Assembly: GCA_029256185.1 (NCBI GenBank)
Contig: JAQSYI010000003.1
Location: 202,409 to 266,408, forward strand
Length of the DNA stretch: 64,000 nucleotides
From: Paenibacillaceae bacterium
Lineage (GTDB): Bacteria > Bacillota > Bacilli > Paenibacillales > NBRC-103111
Direction of reading: 5' to 3'
The position numbers and the translations under genes were made by a program. This document shows positions 17,296-27,075 of the stretch, piece after piece. Numbering within the stretch: position 1 is the first letter of the stretch; every line of letters begins with the position of its first letter. A model generated the notes under the pieces. That model worked only from the letters and a program-made list of their open reading frames with translations. It was not told where the DNA came from and made no database searches.

Positions 17296-18921
17296 CTATT
17301 GGGAACGGCTTTGCTTTTTACGGAAATCGAAGGGCATCTTGCCGGTATTTTTCTCGAATACCTTACTGAAGTGTTGACTGCTATTGTACCCCACTTTCTC
17401 GGCAATGATTTGGATTTTCAGATCGGTGTTCAGCAGCAACCTCCGCGCTTCCTCCATGCGCACCTCCGTCAGGTAATCCGTGAAGCCCTGCCCGGTCACA
17501 TTCTTGAACACTTGGCTTAAATAGGACGGGTTCAGATGGAAGTGCTCCGCTACCATGGATCTCGTCGCATCGGCAAATTGCTGGTTCACGTACTTCTTGA
17601 TCCGGTCCACCAGTTGCTCCTGATGGGTGACAGGCCGGTTCTTGATGCTTTCAATCCACTCATGGATCATTTTCTGCATCCAATTCTGCAATTCCTTATA
17701 AGTCTTGAGGCTCTCCATATATTCCACCTGATAGGTCCGTTCCCGCAATGCAGCGCTCCCTTCGCCAACCGATTCCAGTATCCGCTGGCGCAGGAGGATC
17801 AGGATATACTGGCATTCCGCATAAACCTGCTTCTGCGAGAGATGAAGCTCATGGATCATGCAGACAAACAAACGCTCCAGGGTAAGTGCTGCCTTCTGCG
17901 CTTCTGCCGCCTCCACTTGAAGCACCAGGTCCTCCATAAGCGCATTTTGAACGGCCGGCCTGTATTCATTGCGGGTGTTTGACGCCTCCAGCATATCGAT
18001 ATCGAAGGTATGGTTTTTTCCATGAATGAATTTCATCTCCAGCGCCTGTTGCGCCTCCCGGAAGGACTTGGGCAGCTGGTTAGCTCCCCGGTAGACCCCT
18101 CCTATGCCTACGGACAGGGTAATGCCCCATAGCATAAGTGCCGTCTCCTTCATTTCATTGACGGTGTCGTACAGCTCCTTCTTCAGATTATCCGAATTTT
18201 TTTCACAAGCAATCAAGACGGACTTCTCATCATTGTAGCTGAAGACAATCCCCATATCCGCCTTCATGGTCAGCTCCTCCAGGACATTATCCACGGCATA
18301 TTTCAGCACGAATTTGTCATTCTGGTTCGTGAAGCCACGGGCATTGAAATCATCGATTTCAAATACGGCAACGCAGATGCGGGCCGGAACCTGGCCGAAT
18401 TCGAATAAATTCCAGATGCTCTCGATATCCGACAAGGGCAGATAGTCTTTATTTACCAGCGAGCATAAATACTTGTCTTTTGCCGCACCGCGCATGCTAT
18501 AGAGGCTGATGCTGGCTTTTTGGCCTTCCTCCAGACTCTTCTTGCGCTTTAACAACTGCTCCTTAATGGCCAGAAGCTTCTGTATCAGCTCCTCCTTGCC
18601 CACCGGCTTCAACAGATAACAGTTGGCCCCCTTCTCAATCGCCTGCTGGGCGTAATCGAAATCGCTGTAGCCGCTTAGAATGACCACAGCCGCCAAGGGA
18701 AGCAGCCCTTTGACCCGGTCAATCATGTCCAGACCGTTCAGTACAGGCATGCGGATATCCGTTATGACGATATCAGGCTTGATCCGCTCCATCACTTCCA
18801 GAGCCTCTTCCCCATCGTAGGCTTCACCGGCCACTTCCATCCCCAGGCTTTCCCACGGGATCATAATTTTCAGGCCCTCAATAATGACATCCTCGTCATC
18901 CACCAGCACTACCTTTATCAT
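17296..18921 (-). CDS. YesN-family response regulator (REC + AraC HTH)
   Basis: VVLVDDE, ITDIRMP, YLLKP, and C-terminal HLNPSYLSQVFK...VGY..SQHFSKVF. Confidence 0.95.
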   Translation of the reverse strand: MIKVVLVDDEDVIIEGLKIMIPWESLGMEVAGEAYDGEEALEVMERIKPDIVITDIRMPVLNGLDMIDRVKGLLPLAAVVILSGYSDFDYAQQAIEKGANCYLLKPVGKEELIQKLLAIKEQLLKRKKSLEEGQKASISLYSMRGAAKDKYLCSLVNKDYLPLSDIESIWNLFEFGQVPARICVAVFEIDDFNARGFTNQNDKFVLKYAVDNVLEELTMKADMGIVFSYNDEKSVLIACEKNSDNLKKELYDTVNEMKETALMLWGITLSVGIGGVYRGANQLPKSFREAQQALEMKFIHGKNHTFDIDMLEASNTRNEYRPAVQNALMEDLVLQVEAAEAQKAALTLERLFVCMIHELHLSQKQVYAECQYILILLRQRILESVGEGSAALRERTYQVEYMESLKTYKELQNWMQKMIHEWIESIKNRPVTHQEQLVDRIKKYVNQQFADATRSMVAEHFHLNPSYLSQVFKNVTGQGFTDYLTEVRMEEARRLLLNTDLKIQIIAEKVGYNSSQHFSKVFEKNTGKMPFDFRKKQSRSQ

Positions 18922-18936
18922 CGTCCATCCTCCGCT

Positions 18937-20748
18937 CTATATGGCATCCAGTGATTTGTACAGTGGGAAGCATAGTGTCACCGTGGTTCCCTCGTTTCGG
19001 ATGCTGTCGATCATCAAGCCGTATTCCTCTCCGTAATATAGCTTCAGGCGGCTGTTAATATTCCTCAGCCCGATGTTGGAGCCTGTCTCCTCCGGCTCCG
19101 TCCGCAGGCCTTCATACACCAATTGCAGCTGCTCCTTCTCCATGCCGATGCCGTTATCCTTCACCATCAGCCACACCTTGTCATCTTGAATGCGGGAATC
19201 CACCGTTATCCGCCGGTCATTCTTCTTGACCTCGAGACCATGATAAACGGCATTCTCGACGATGGGTTGAAGAATGAATTTGGGCACAATCATGCTCCCC
19301 AGGTCCTCCGGCAAATCCACAGTCAGCTCAAACTTGTTGCGGAAGCGGATATTCTGCAAGGTAATGTAGCTGTTGATGTAAGCCAGTTCATGCCGCAGCG
19401 GGACAAATTCCTGACGGATATTGGTGGTGCTGCGCAGCATGAAACTCAATTGCTCAATCATAAAGGCAGTGTCATCATCCTTGTTGATCAGAGCCTTCAT
19501 GCGAATACCGTCCAGCGTATTGTATAGAAAGTGAGGGTTGATTTGGCTTTGCAGCACCATCATCTCGGCCTCCTTCTTTTTGACCTGCATTTCCGTATTC
19601 TGGGCCATCAGCACCTTCATCTTTCTCACCATATGATTGAGTCCGTCGGCGATAACGGCGAATTCATCTCTAGTGTTCACATGAATCCGCAAATTCAAAT
19701 TGCCGTCCTCCAATCTCTTGATGCCTTTCAAGATGATCCGGATGGACTTGGTAACGGCAAAAGAGTTCAGTACCAGCAGCAGCAAGGCGGCCAAGCAGCA
19801 GATAACAGCCAGGGTGTTGGTAAAGCTGTGCATTTTCTTCAGGTCCTTGAACAGCACCTCCTCCGGCACAACCAAGGCCGCATACATCCCTGTATAGGAG
19901 GAGCGGACATAGTTGACGATTTTTGAGGCCTGTCCTGCGCCCAATTCCATAGTCCCGGTTTTGGCATTGGCATCTCCGCCGAGGTGGCCGCCAATCTCCC
20001 GGTAGTCCTCGGGAGTAAGCGAGGTGCCTGCGCTGTATGCATGACGTTGTTCGCTGTCAAACAGAAGAATGCTGTTCTCCCCCAGATCATTCTTGTTGCA
20101 AATCTCATCCAGAACGCTGCTTCGCAGATCAATTTTGATCACGCCCAGGACCTGGGGATTGGAATAGGTTCTGATTTTCCGGACTCCCGAAAATACATGA
20201 TAGGTACTGAAATTATTGCGGTGGGGCGCAATAGCCAGGAACATGCTGTTCTGCTTCATAAATGCCTGATACCAGGACTCGGATGCCATATTGTACCCTT
20301 CCGGGACATAATTGTTGGGTCCGCTGGTGAAAGCAAAGCCATTTAGATTGCCGATGATAATCCGGTCAATATCCTTCCGCACGCTGAGAATGCTGTTCGC
20401 CGCTTCACTGATGAGGTTCAACTTTTGCTCATAGCCGCTGTCACCTGGGCTTTGGATTGTGGCAAGCGCATTTGCCAGCTCCTCATTGAGCAGCAGGGTC
20501 TGGGTTAGACGGTCAATCTCATCGAACGTATCATCGATGGCGGAGCTTACGTTATGAATCAGCATCTCCGAATACATCAGAGAATTCTTCTTGATCACCA
20601 TCGATGAATAAGAAAATCCAACCCACTGCAGCACCAGCACAACGGCAATGACAATCAGCGTGTAGGTGGCAATGAGCTTGATCCTTAGATTAATCGCTTT
20701 CTTTTTGTTCAATACCTTGGTTTTCTGCACCTTCATTACCTCCACCAC
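18937..20748 (-). CDS. YesM-family sensor histidine kinase
   Basis: LQSQINPHFLYNTLD, ILQPIVENAVYHG, DNGIGM and IGLRNINSRL. Start is uncertain (alternative ATG at ~20736). Confidence 0.95.
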   Translation of the reverse strand: MVEVMKVQKTKVLNKKKAINLRIKLIATYTLIVIAVVLVLQWVGFSYSSMVIKKNSLMYSEMLIHNVSSAIDDTFDEIDRLTQTLLLNEELANALATIQSPGDSGYEQKLNLISEAANSILSVRKDIDRIIIGNLNGFAFTSGPNNYVPEGYNMASESWYQAFMKQNSMFLAIAPHRNNFSTYHVFSGVRKIRTYSNPQVLGVIKIDLRSSVLDEICNKNDLGENSILLFDSEQRHAYSAGTSLTPEDYREIGGHLGGDANAKTGTMELGAGQASKIVNYVRSSYTGMYAALVVPEEVLFKDLKKMHSFTNTLAVICCLAALLLLVLNSFAVTKSIRIILKGIKRLEDGNLNLRIHVNTRDEFAVIADGLNHMVRKMKVLMAQNTEMQVKKKEAEMMVLQSQINPHFLYNTLDGIRMKALINKDDDTAFMIEQLSFMLRSTTNIRQEFVPLRHELAYINSYITLQNIRFRNKFELTVDLPEDLGSMIVPKFILQPIVENAVYHGLEVKKNDRRITVDSRIQDDKVWLMVKDNGIGMEKEQLQLVYEGLRTEPEETGSNIGLRNINSRLKLYYGEEYGLMIDSIRNEGTTVTLCFPLYKSLDAI

Positions 20749-20892
20749 ATGACATATTGCCAGTTTAACACTTTCCGGCTGTAAAGATAAGGGCAGCGGG
20801 GCCTGCCTTCTTGCGCCGCGGCAGCCGGATACAGAAGAGAAGGCGTATCATCAGCAACCAAGCAAACACCAATCCGGGATTCTTATCATAAA

Positions 20893-21711
20893 TTGGATAA
20901 AAATGAAGGACAGGTGATTATTGTGCCAATGGATGTCCATAACGTTCGTGAAAAGCGGGCCATCTTCCTGGCCGCAGTGTGCAGTCAGACATATGAGCAA
21001 TATGCCAACCAGGACGGCACCTTTATGGTTCCCTCCCATTACTCGCTCCGTCATACGATCCTGGCCCAATCCATCGGAAATAAATGGGAACGCTTCGGTT
21101 TTATTATCGAGTCCCCCAGAGAGATCGTCATTGCCTTCCGTGGAACCAGCTCCAGAAACGATTGGATCTCAGACGCCATGGCCGCCCAAATAAAGTTCAA
21201 ATATGTAAGAGGGACATGTCTTGTCCACCGCGGCTTTGCCAATATCTACGCTTCCGCAAGAAAAGGCATTCATTCCGCGCTGGCCAAACTGCCGCCGGAT
21301 AAGAGCCTGACCGTTACCGGACACAGCCTGGGAGCCGCGCTGGCTACCTTATGCGCCCTGGACCTTGCCGTGAACACCCCATCCCGTTCCCCCAAGCTGT
21401 TCACCTACGGTTCCCCGCGGGTGGGCGATCCGGCTTTTGCCAGAGTCTTCTCCCAAAATGTAAGCTCCAGTTACCGGTTCGCCAACCCCTTCGACCTTGT
21501 CACGCACGCTCCGCCTACGGTCTTAAAGCTCCCTGTCCGGGATAAAACCTACTACTACAGCCATGTCAAAAGCATGGAATCCGTTCCCTTCCAGAAAGGC
21601 TCCATCGAGCTTAACCACATCATCAGCAGCTATTTCGCCAAACTTTCCCGGTCCGAGCCGGATTATTCGAGAAAGATGTGCTCCGCCAATCCGGGCTTCT
21701 GTCCGGACTAA
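20893..21711 (+). CDS. Lipase class 3 family protein
   Basis: IVIAFRGT, VHRGF, nucleophile elbow TGHSLG, YGSPRVGD, DLVTHAP and terminal H. The true start may be a downstream GTG/ATG near 20923-20929. Confidence 0.88.
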   Translation: MDKNEGQVIIVPMDVHNVREKRAIFLAAVCSQTYEQYANQDGTFMVPSHYSLRHTILAQSIGNKWERFGFIIESPREIVIAFRGTSSRNDWISDAMAAQIKFKYVRGTCLVHRGFANIYASARKGIHSALAKLPPDKSLTVTGHSLGAALATLCALDLAVNTPSRSPKLFTYGSPRVGDPAFARVFSQNVSSSYRFANPFDLVTHAPPTVLKLPVRDKTYYYSHVKSMESVPFQKGSIELNHIISSYFAKLSRSEPDYSRKMCSANPGFCPD

Positions 21712-21966
21712 CCACAGATGGAGGAAACACAAAAACATTCCCCCAAAAGTGACGAGATGCTTCGAAGCAAAATCCGGGTACTTTTGGGGGAGCCCCCGAA
21801 TGAAAATGCCATAATCGGGCATTTTCGCACAAAAAGGCAGCATCCGAAAACCGGAATGACTGCCTTAATTCATTATGCCGCCCTGATCTTATATAAGGGC
21901 CATCTTTGCCAATTCGCTTCACGCCTTTGAGCGAGGTGCAGGCCAGCTAACCCCTTATTGCCGATT

Positions 21967-24423
21967 CTAGCCCACACGGCGGAATACGCCGTCCGTCTCT
22001 TCAATAATGACCGTATGTGTTCCCGCAGCCAACGATTGGCCGTACAAATGCCCTGTGCATCCTTCGGGAACGTGCAGTTCTAGTACGTACCGCCCCGCTT
22101 CAGTCTGCTTCAATGCCATGCGGATCTCTCCATACAGCGTCGGCAGCGAAGCTGCGATATCTGTCAGTCCGCATGGTGCCGGAGCCAACTCGAAGTGCTG
22201 GAAGCCGGGAGCCAACGGCTGCAAGCCGAAAATCCCCTCGAATACAAAGAGGATGGGCGAAGCTCCCCAGGCATGGCTGGCGCTGGAATAAGCGACTGTA
22301 CCGTCTGTCTCTTGGTGGAACACGTTCCATCGCTCCCACGTGGTGGTGGCTCCTACATCCAGCATGGCCCCGTACCGGTTCCTGATCAGCTCAAGGGCCC
22401 GGCGGGTCCGGCCGGTTCGGGACAGTGCTCTCCCGATCACCAGCATGAAATAAGGGCTGCCTCTGACAACCGGCGCTCCAGTCTGGCCGCTGAATACGCG
22501 ATGGAAGATGCGGGCAGCCCGCCCGTCTTCCGGGGCGTGAAGGTGAAGCAGGGCCAACGCGTTGGCAGGCTCGCTGATCGTGCCGCTAAGAGCGCCGCCA
22601 ACCAGACAATCCGCATACGCCCCCTCCTCCCCGCTCCACAGCCAGGTTTCCACAGCGGCCTTCAATTTGGCGCATTTGGCCGAAAACAACTGCTCGGCCT
22701 CACTCTCCTTCATCCACGCGGCAAACTCGCCTATCGTCTGCAGCCCTTCCAGATACTGCAGATTTAACGCCGTCACAATCCCGCCACGTTCCACGTCCAG
22801 GGTAGTGCCTCCCGCCCCGTCTCCCCAGTCGATAAACGGCCAGTACGGCACATTCTCCAGCAGACCGTGCTCATTCTCATAGGCTGTGAACCAACGGATG
22901 GCAAGCAATAGCTGCGGCCACCATTCATGCACCAGCCCGGTGTCCCCGGTATAGCGGACATAATCGCGGAAGGAGCAGATCCATGCCAGGCAAAAGGAAG
23001 GAATGGGCGGATAATTGTGATGGCCGTCAGGATATCTGGCCTTGGTCATGCCTGTCCAATCCTGGGATTGCCCCACTTGTCTGAGCAGCTTGCGGTGCAG
23101 ACGGCTGTCGCCGGAATAATGGTAGTTAATCACCGCCTGCCAACGGCCGTCCCCCATCCACTGCTGCTGCTCCCTGCTGGACGAATCGAGAAATCCGTCT
23201 TGCATGCACAGCCGCAGGGTGCGCGCGGAGATATCCCAGATTCCCGCCAACCGCCTGTCACTGCACTGAAGCGTTGCGGTATGCGCAAGCGGATAACGCC
23301 GCGTCCGCAGCCCCACCCGGTGAATGATAACCGGCCCCCGGTGATTGCGCACCCGAAGCTGCGCATACCGGAATGCCCGCCAGGCGAATGCAGGCTCCAG
23401 CACATTGCGCCCCTCGGCAAGAATGTAGCGTTCGACAGGGCGGTTGTTGTTCATATTCAGCAGCGCCTGCCCCTCCCACAATTCCTCGGCATAAATCACA
23501 TCCAGAATATCCCCTTTACTGCCTGTCACTTCAAGCTGCAAGTATCCCGCAGCCATCTCCGCGAAATTGAAGGTGATAACAGAAGCTTGTCCCGGCAAGG
23601 AGGTCGGTACCGTGTATTCGCCTGTTAATGTCTGACAGCAGGGGGAAGCTTCCTGCAGAATGGGCTGCTCCGCATGAATCTGATGATGAAGGCGCTCCGG
23701 AGGCTGCGGCATCTCTGTCAACACTCCCGTATTGACGATGCTCCCCGCTTGGATTTCCTCTTCCTCCAACAGCGGAATATCCCGCACTACCCAATTCCAG
23801 AACGGAGACAAGCGGCTTCCCCGCCCCTTGGCTTGCGCCCAACCCGTCTCCTCGTAATCCGCAGCCGCCCAATTTACCGGTATCAATCCCATATCCACAA
23901 TCTCTATGGGGCCCTGACACCCGTTAATTCTCGGCGCGTTCCTGAGCCATGCGTCGGCGGCAAGGCACTTCCAGCTGGAATCGCTGTGTACATAGAACGG
24001 CTCGCCTCCAGGCAAGACCATCGCCGCCTCCACGGCCAAGGCCGGAATCCGGCTGATGGACTGGCCTGTGCCGTAGCCGTAATACAAGGCCAGTACGGCA
24101 ATGACGTTATTCCCCCGTCTCATATGCGCCGTTATGTCCCATTCATCCACATATTGCTCCCGCGGGTCGCTGCGGCATGGCCCCCTGCCCGCGTAAGTGC
24201 CGTTCACAAACAGCTTGTAGCGGGAATCGGCGAACAGCAGCACCCGGGCATGGTCCGGTTGTGCATCCAGCTCGAAGGTTTTGCGGAAATAACAGAATGC
24301 GTTAACCGGCTGCTCGTAATGGTTTTCCACCTGGTCCGGATGCCAGATCAGCTGGGTTTGCTCCCGCCAGGTCATACCCCGGCTTTGCTCCCGTTTAAAT
24401 CTGGGACTGTCGGCTAGATTCAC
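21967..24423 (-). CDS. GH78-type alpha-L-rhamnosidase-like glycosidase (copy A)
   Basis: FRKTF, ADSRYKLFVNG, AWRAFRY, acid region DSSSREQQQWMGD, base region TTTWERW, SHAW and LAPGF. No signal peptide. Confidence 0.85.
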   Translation of the reverse strand: MNLADSPRFKREQSRGMTWREQTQLIWHPDQVENHYEQPVNAFCYFRKTFELDAQPDHARVLLFADSRYKLFVNGTYAGRGPCRSDPREQYVDEWDITAHMRRGNNVIAVLALYYGYGTGQSISRIPALAVEAAMVLPGGEPFYVHSDSSWKCLAADAWLRNAPRINGCQGPIEIVDMGLIPVNWAAADYEETGWAQAKGRGSRLSPFWNWVVRDIPLLEEEEIQAGSIVNTGVLTEMPQPPERLHHQIHAEQPILQEASPCCQTLTGEYTVPTSLPGQASVITFNFAEMAAGYLQLEVTGSKGDILDVIYAEELWEGQALLNMNNNRPVERYILAEGRNVLEPAFAWRAFRYAQLRVRNHRGPVIIHRVGLRTRRYPLAHTATLQCSDRRLAGIWDISARTLRLCMQDGFLDSSSREQQQWMGDGRWQAVINYHYSGDSRLHRKLLRQVGQSQDWTGMTKARYPDGHHNYPPIPSFCLAWICSFRDYVRYTGDTGLVHEWWPQLLLAIRWFTAYENEHGLLENVPYWPFIDWGDGAGGTTLDVERGGIVTALNLQYLEGLQTIGEFAAWMKESEAEQLFSAKCAKLKAAVETWLWSGEEGAYADCLVGGALSGTISEPANALALLHLHAPEDGRAARIFHRVFSGQTGAPVVRGSPYFMLVIGRALSRTGRTRRALELIRNRYGAMLDVGATTTWERWNVFHQETDGTVAYSSASHAWGASPILFVFEGIFGLQPLAPGFQHFELAPAPCGLTDIAASLPTLYGEIRMALKQTEAGRYVLELHVPEGCTGHLYGQSLAAGTHTVIIEETDGVFRRVG

Positions 24424-24472
24424 AGCTCACGTTCACTCCCAACTGATATGCTGAAAAATATTTGCTGGCTCC

Positions 24473-24530
24473 ATTGTACTTGCAGCGGTCCGCTTCACTT
24501 TATAAAATATATGGGGATCTTTATAAAATT
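24473..24530 (-). promoter_or_regulatory. Promoter of GH78 copy A: -10 TACAAT plus direct repeat TTATAAAAT-N12-TTATAAAAT
   Basis: -10 at 24473-24478 and repeats at 24500 and 24521 (21-bp period). The same motif occurs at 33134 and 42740. Confidence 0.65.
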
Positions 24531-24610
24531 TAAAGATCTTGTCATCTTCTAACTAATATAACGTCTCGTAAATTCATTCCTCATTCTTGGGGCCGGTCCT
24601 TCCCGGCTTG

Positions 24611-24791
24611 CAACGGACCTGAGAGACGCTAATCGGGGGAAAAACGGGGGTTGACGCGGCTAACGGACTGGAAAGACCTTATCCGGCCCAATATCCCTCT
24701 GGATGGGGGCAAAGTAGTCCAATAAGAGCGCTCAAGTCCGTTATAATTCCAAACCCCCGTTTTTTGACCGAATAAAGGCGCTCAGGTCCGT
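24611..24791. repeat. Second, inverted copy of the ~185-bp composite palindromic element
   Basis: Units CAACGGACCTGAGAGACGCTAAT, TAACGGACTGGAAAGACCTTATC, AATAAGAGCGCTCAAGTCCGTTA and AATAAAGGCGCTCAGGTCCGT, with central CCCTCTGGATGGGGG. The reverse complement aligns with 2958-3141. Confidence 0.8.
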
Positions 24792-24804
24792 CCCTCGGAT
24801 TTTA

Positions 24805-24967
24805 GGGGCTTGTCTGAGCACCCGCTTGAGGGCATCTTTTCACTGCCCTTTCACCACGAGCTATCGTTACTTTCGCTTGACGTACCCCGGTACGCCTGCC
24901 CGAGAGGGCCTGGTCAGCAACGACTATCTGGGAATTATCTCCTCCCCTTAGAGGTTCAGACACGCCC
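24805..24967. mobile_element. MITE-like 163-bp element with imperfect terminal inverted repeats flanked by TA
   Basis: TA-GGGGCTTGTCTGA ... TCAGACACGCCC-TA, an internal palindrome GACGTACCCCGGTACGCC, and no ORF. The ends recall IS5-family (TA-target) termini from memory, not from a search. Confidence 0.55.
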
Positions 24968-25217
24968 TAAAGCGGTGACTCTTCTTCGCCAAACTGCTCC
25001 CATAGAAGTCGCTTCCCTTTTGTGCTCACTATGTTTAGCCCGTCCGGGTTGTTCTCCTGTAGGGAACGAATTTACAATATGATGTACTAGGGCGTCCCGC
25101 CGCTGGATGAAGCGGACTCATCCTCGAAGATCACGCCGAATTCACACAGCTCCTTCACAAAAGAATGGATCGCAACCACTCTCAGAAGTGTCCAGAAAAA
25201 TGAAGCGGGCCTTCCTG

Positions 25218-25249
25218 TTGACAAAAAAGGCTTCCAAATGTAACATTTG
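25218..25249 (+). promoter_or_regulatory. SigA promoter of the MFS gene with an overlapping palindrome
   Basis: TTGACA (25218)-17 bp-TAACAT (25241). The palindrome CAAATGT-A-ACATTTG (25235-25249) overlaps the -10. Confidence 0.7.
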
Positions 25250-25327
25250 TTTTTCAGCGCATTCTAGGGCGCGTTTGCAAACACGGCCTAGCGCTGAATT
25301 GGGCTAATCCAAGCTTCGGAAGCAGAA

Positions 25328-26860
25328 ATGGAGTGCAGGGAAATGAACAAACCACAAATGATGAAACGGGAACATGTGCTGGCCGGACTGCTGCTGGCCA
25401 CTTTTTTGGCTGCTATTGAAGGGACGGTCATCGGGCCGGCCGGCCCGACCATAGTCGGAGAGTTGGGAAATGTCAGCCTGCTAAGCTGGATTTTTACCGC
25501 TTATCTGTTAACGATGGCCGTAACAACGCCCATATTCGGCAAGCTGAGCGATTTGTTTGGACGCAAGCCCGTATTTATGGCAGGCTGTGCTTTATTTGCT
25601 CTCGGCTCGCTTTTATGCATGTTTGCGAATTCCATGAGCAGCCTCATTATTTACCGCGCCATCCAAGGCATGGGTGCCGGAAGCGTGATCCCCATTACCT
25701 TTACCATTATCGGAGATATTTACAAACTGGAGGAACGGGGTAAAATCCAGGGGTTAATCAGTTCCGTGTGGGGTGTATCCTCACTAGTCGGCCCACTCTT
25801 GGGCGGATATGTGGTTTCTTATCTGGGATGGGAGTGGATTTTCGGATTTAATGTGCCGCTTACCCTGTTGGCGATGTTTTTTATTTACCGTTATCTGGAG
25901 GAGAATATCGCCAAGCGCAAGGCCAGGATCGATATTCCGGGGGCTGTTACCTTTACATTGGGTATGACAGCACTGCTGCTTGCACTAACCTTGGGCGGGC
26001 AAACGCTGGCTTGGTCATCTCCCGGCCTGCTTTTGCTTGCGGCATGCGCCGTAATTATGCTCGGACTGTTCCTGTGGATTGAGAAAAGAGCCGCCGAGCC
26101 CATTGTCCCCCTGTACTTATTCCGGATTCGCGACCTCACGGTTTCTTATATAGCGGCACTGCTGATCAGCTCACTGGTCATCGGACTGACAAGCTTTCTG
26201 CCGCTGTGGATTCAAGGGGTCCGCGGCGGCGACGCTGCCTCCTCCGGTCTGGCCCTTCTGCCCATGTCCATCGGGTGGTTTACCAGCTCCATTATCGGAG
26301 GGAGATTAATGTTTACCATCGGGTCCCGCCTGTCCACCATGATCGGACTATCCTTTATCGTGCTCGGAGGAATGGGCATGGCCTTCCTGAGCAATGCCTC
26401 GCCCTCCTGGTATTTGCCCTTGTGCACATCCTTGTACGGTCTGGGATTCGGCTTCTGTATAACCGTCTTCACCATCTTGGCCCAGTCCAGCGTCGGCTTT
26501 GAACTGCGGGGGGCATCCACTGCGCTGAGCACCTTCCTGCGGACGTTGGGCCAGACCATCGGAGCCGCGGCCTTCGGCTCATGGCTGAACCACCGGATTG
26601 CCTCCGGTGCCCGGGAATCCGATCTTTTCAGTCAGGGAGTCACCCAATCCCACATCAACTCCCTGCTTGCCCCCCACGGGCAGCAAATTGATAGCCAGAT
26701 TGCCCTGCTGCTGCGCGATCTGCTCGATAACAGTGTCCACTCGCTCTTCATCTTAATGGCAGGCATTGCCGTGATAAGCTGGTTCGCCGGACTGGGCCTG
26801 CGCAAGCATCAGGCTGCCGGCCAACCGGAAAGCCTGGTTCCTAACAGAGAAGGCGCTTGA
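25328..26860 (+). CDS. DHA2-family MFS multidrug transporter
   Basis: FLAAIEGTVIG, FGKLSDLFGRK (motif A), IYRAIQGMGAG, GDIYKLEERG and ~14 TM. The start may be the ATG at 25343. Confidence 0.93.
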   Translation: MECREMNKPQMMKREHVLAGLLLATFLAAIEGTVIGPAGPTIVGELGNVSLLSWIFTAYLLTMAVTTPIFGKLSDLFGRKPVFMAGCALFALGSLLCMFANSMSSLIIYRAIQGMGAGSVIPITFTIIGDIYKLEERGKIQGLISSVWGVSSLVGPLLGGYVVSYLGWEWIFGFNVPLTLLAMFFIYRYLEENIAKRKARIDIPGAVTFTLGMTALLLALTLGGQTLAWSSPGLLLLAACAVIMLGLFLWIEKRAAEPIVPLYLFRIRDLTVSYIAALLISSLVIGLTSFLPLWIQGVRGGDAASSGLALLPMSIGWFTSSIIGGRLMFTIGSRLSTMIGLSFIVLGGMGMAFLSNASPSWYLPLCTSLYGLGFGFCITVFTILAQSSVGFELRGASTALSTFLRTLGQTIGAAAFGSWLNHRIASGARESDLFSQGVTQSHINSLLAPHGQQIDSQIALLLRDLLDNSVHSLFILMAGIAVISWFAGLGLRKHQAAGQPESLVPNREGA

Positions 26861-26923
26861 TGATAATAAGATATTGCCAAACCACCGCCGGAAACGTTCC
26901 TTCCCGTTCTTTTTGCCACCGCA

Positions 26924-26954
26924 GAAAAAAAGCGCCCCGGAAGGCGCTTTTTTT
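26924..26954. terminator. Bidirectional rho-independent terminator between convergent genes
   Basis: AAAAAAAAGCGCC-CCGGAA-GGCGCTTTTTTT. Confidence 0.9.
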
Positions 26955-27075
26955 TCTACGACGGCAAGACTAACACACCAAAATGCCAGGAGAGGGCTGT
27001 GAGACCGGCCGTTGTGCTGAGGGCGTGAAACAACAGGCATTGCCTGAGAGGTGGCCGTCTGCGCTATCGGCAAGG

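Noticed and set aside
24800-25210. Structured ncRNA (6S, SRP, RNase P, tmRNA or riboswitch) in the long intergenic gap
   Set aside because: No diagnostic conserved motifs were recognised, and the segment is better explained by repeat/MITE sequence. An Rfam scan would be decisive.
26980-27060. Glycine-riboswitch-like CTCTCAGG on the minus strand
   Set aside because: The other aptamer motifs are missing and it lies between convergent gene ends, not in a leader.
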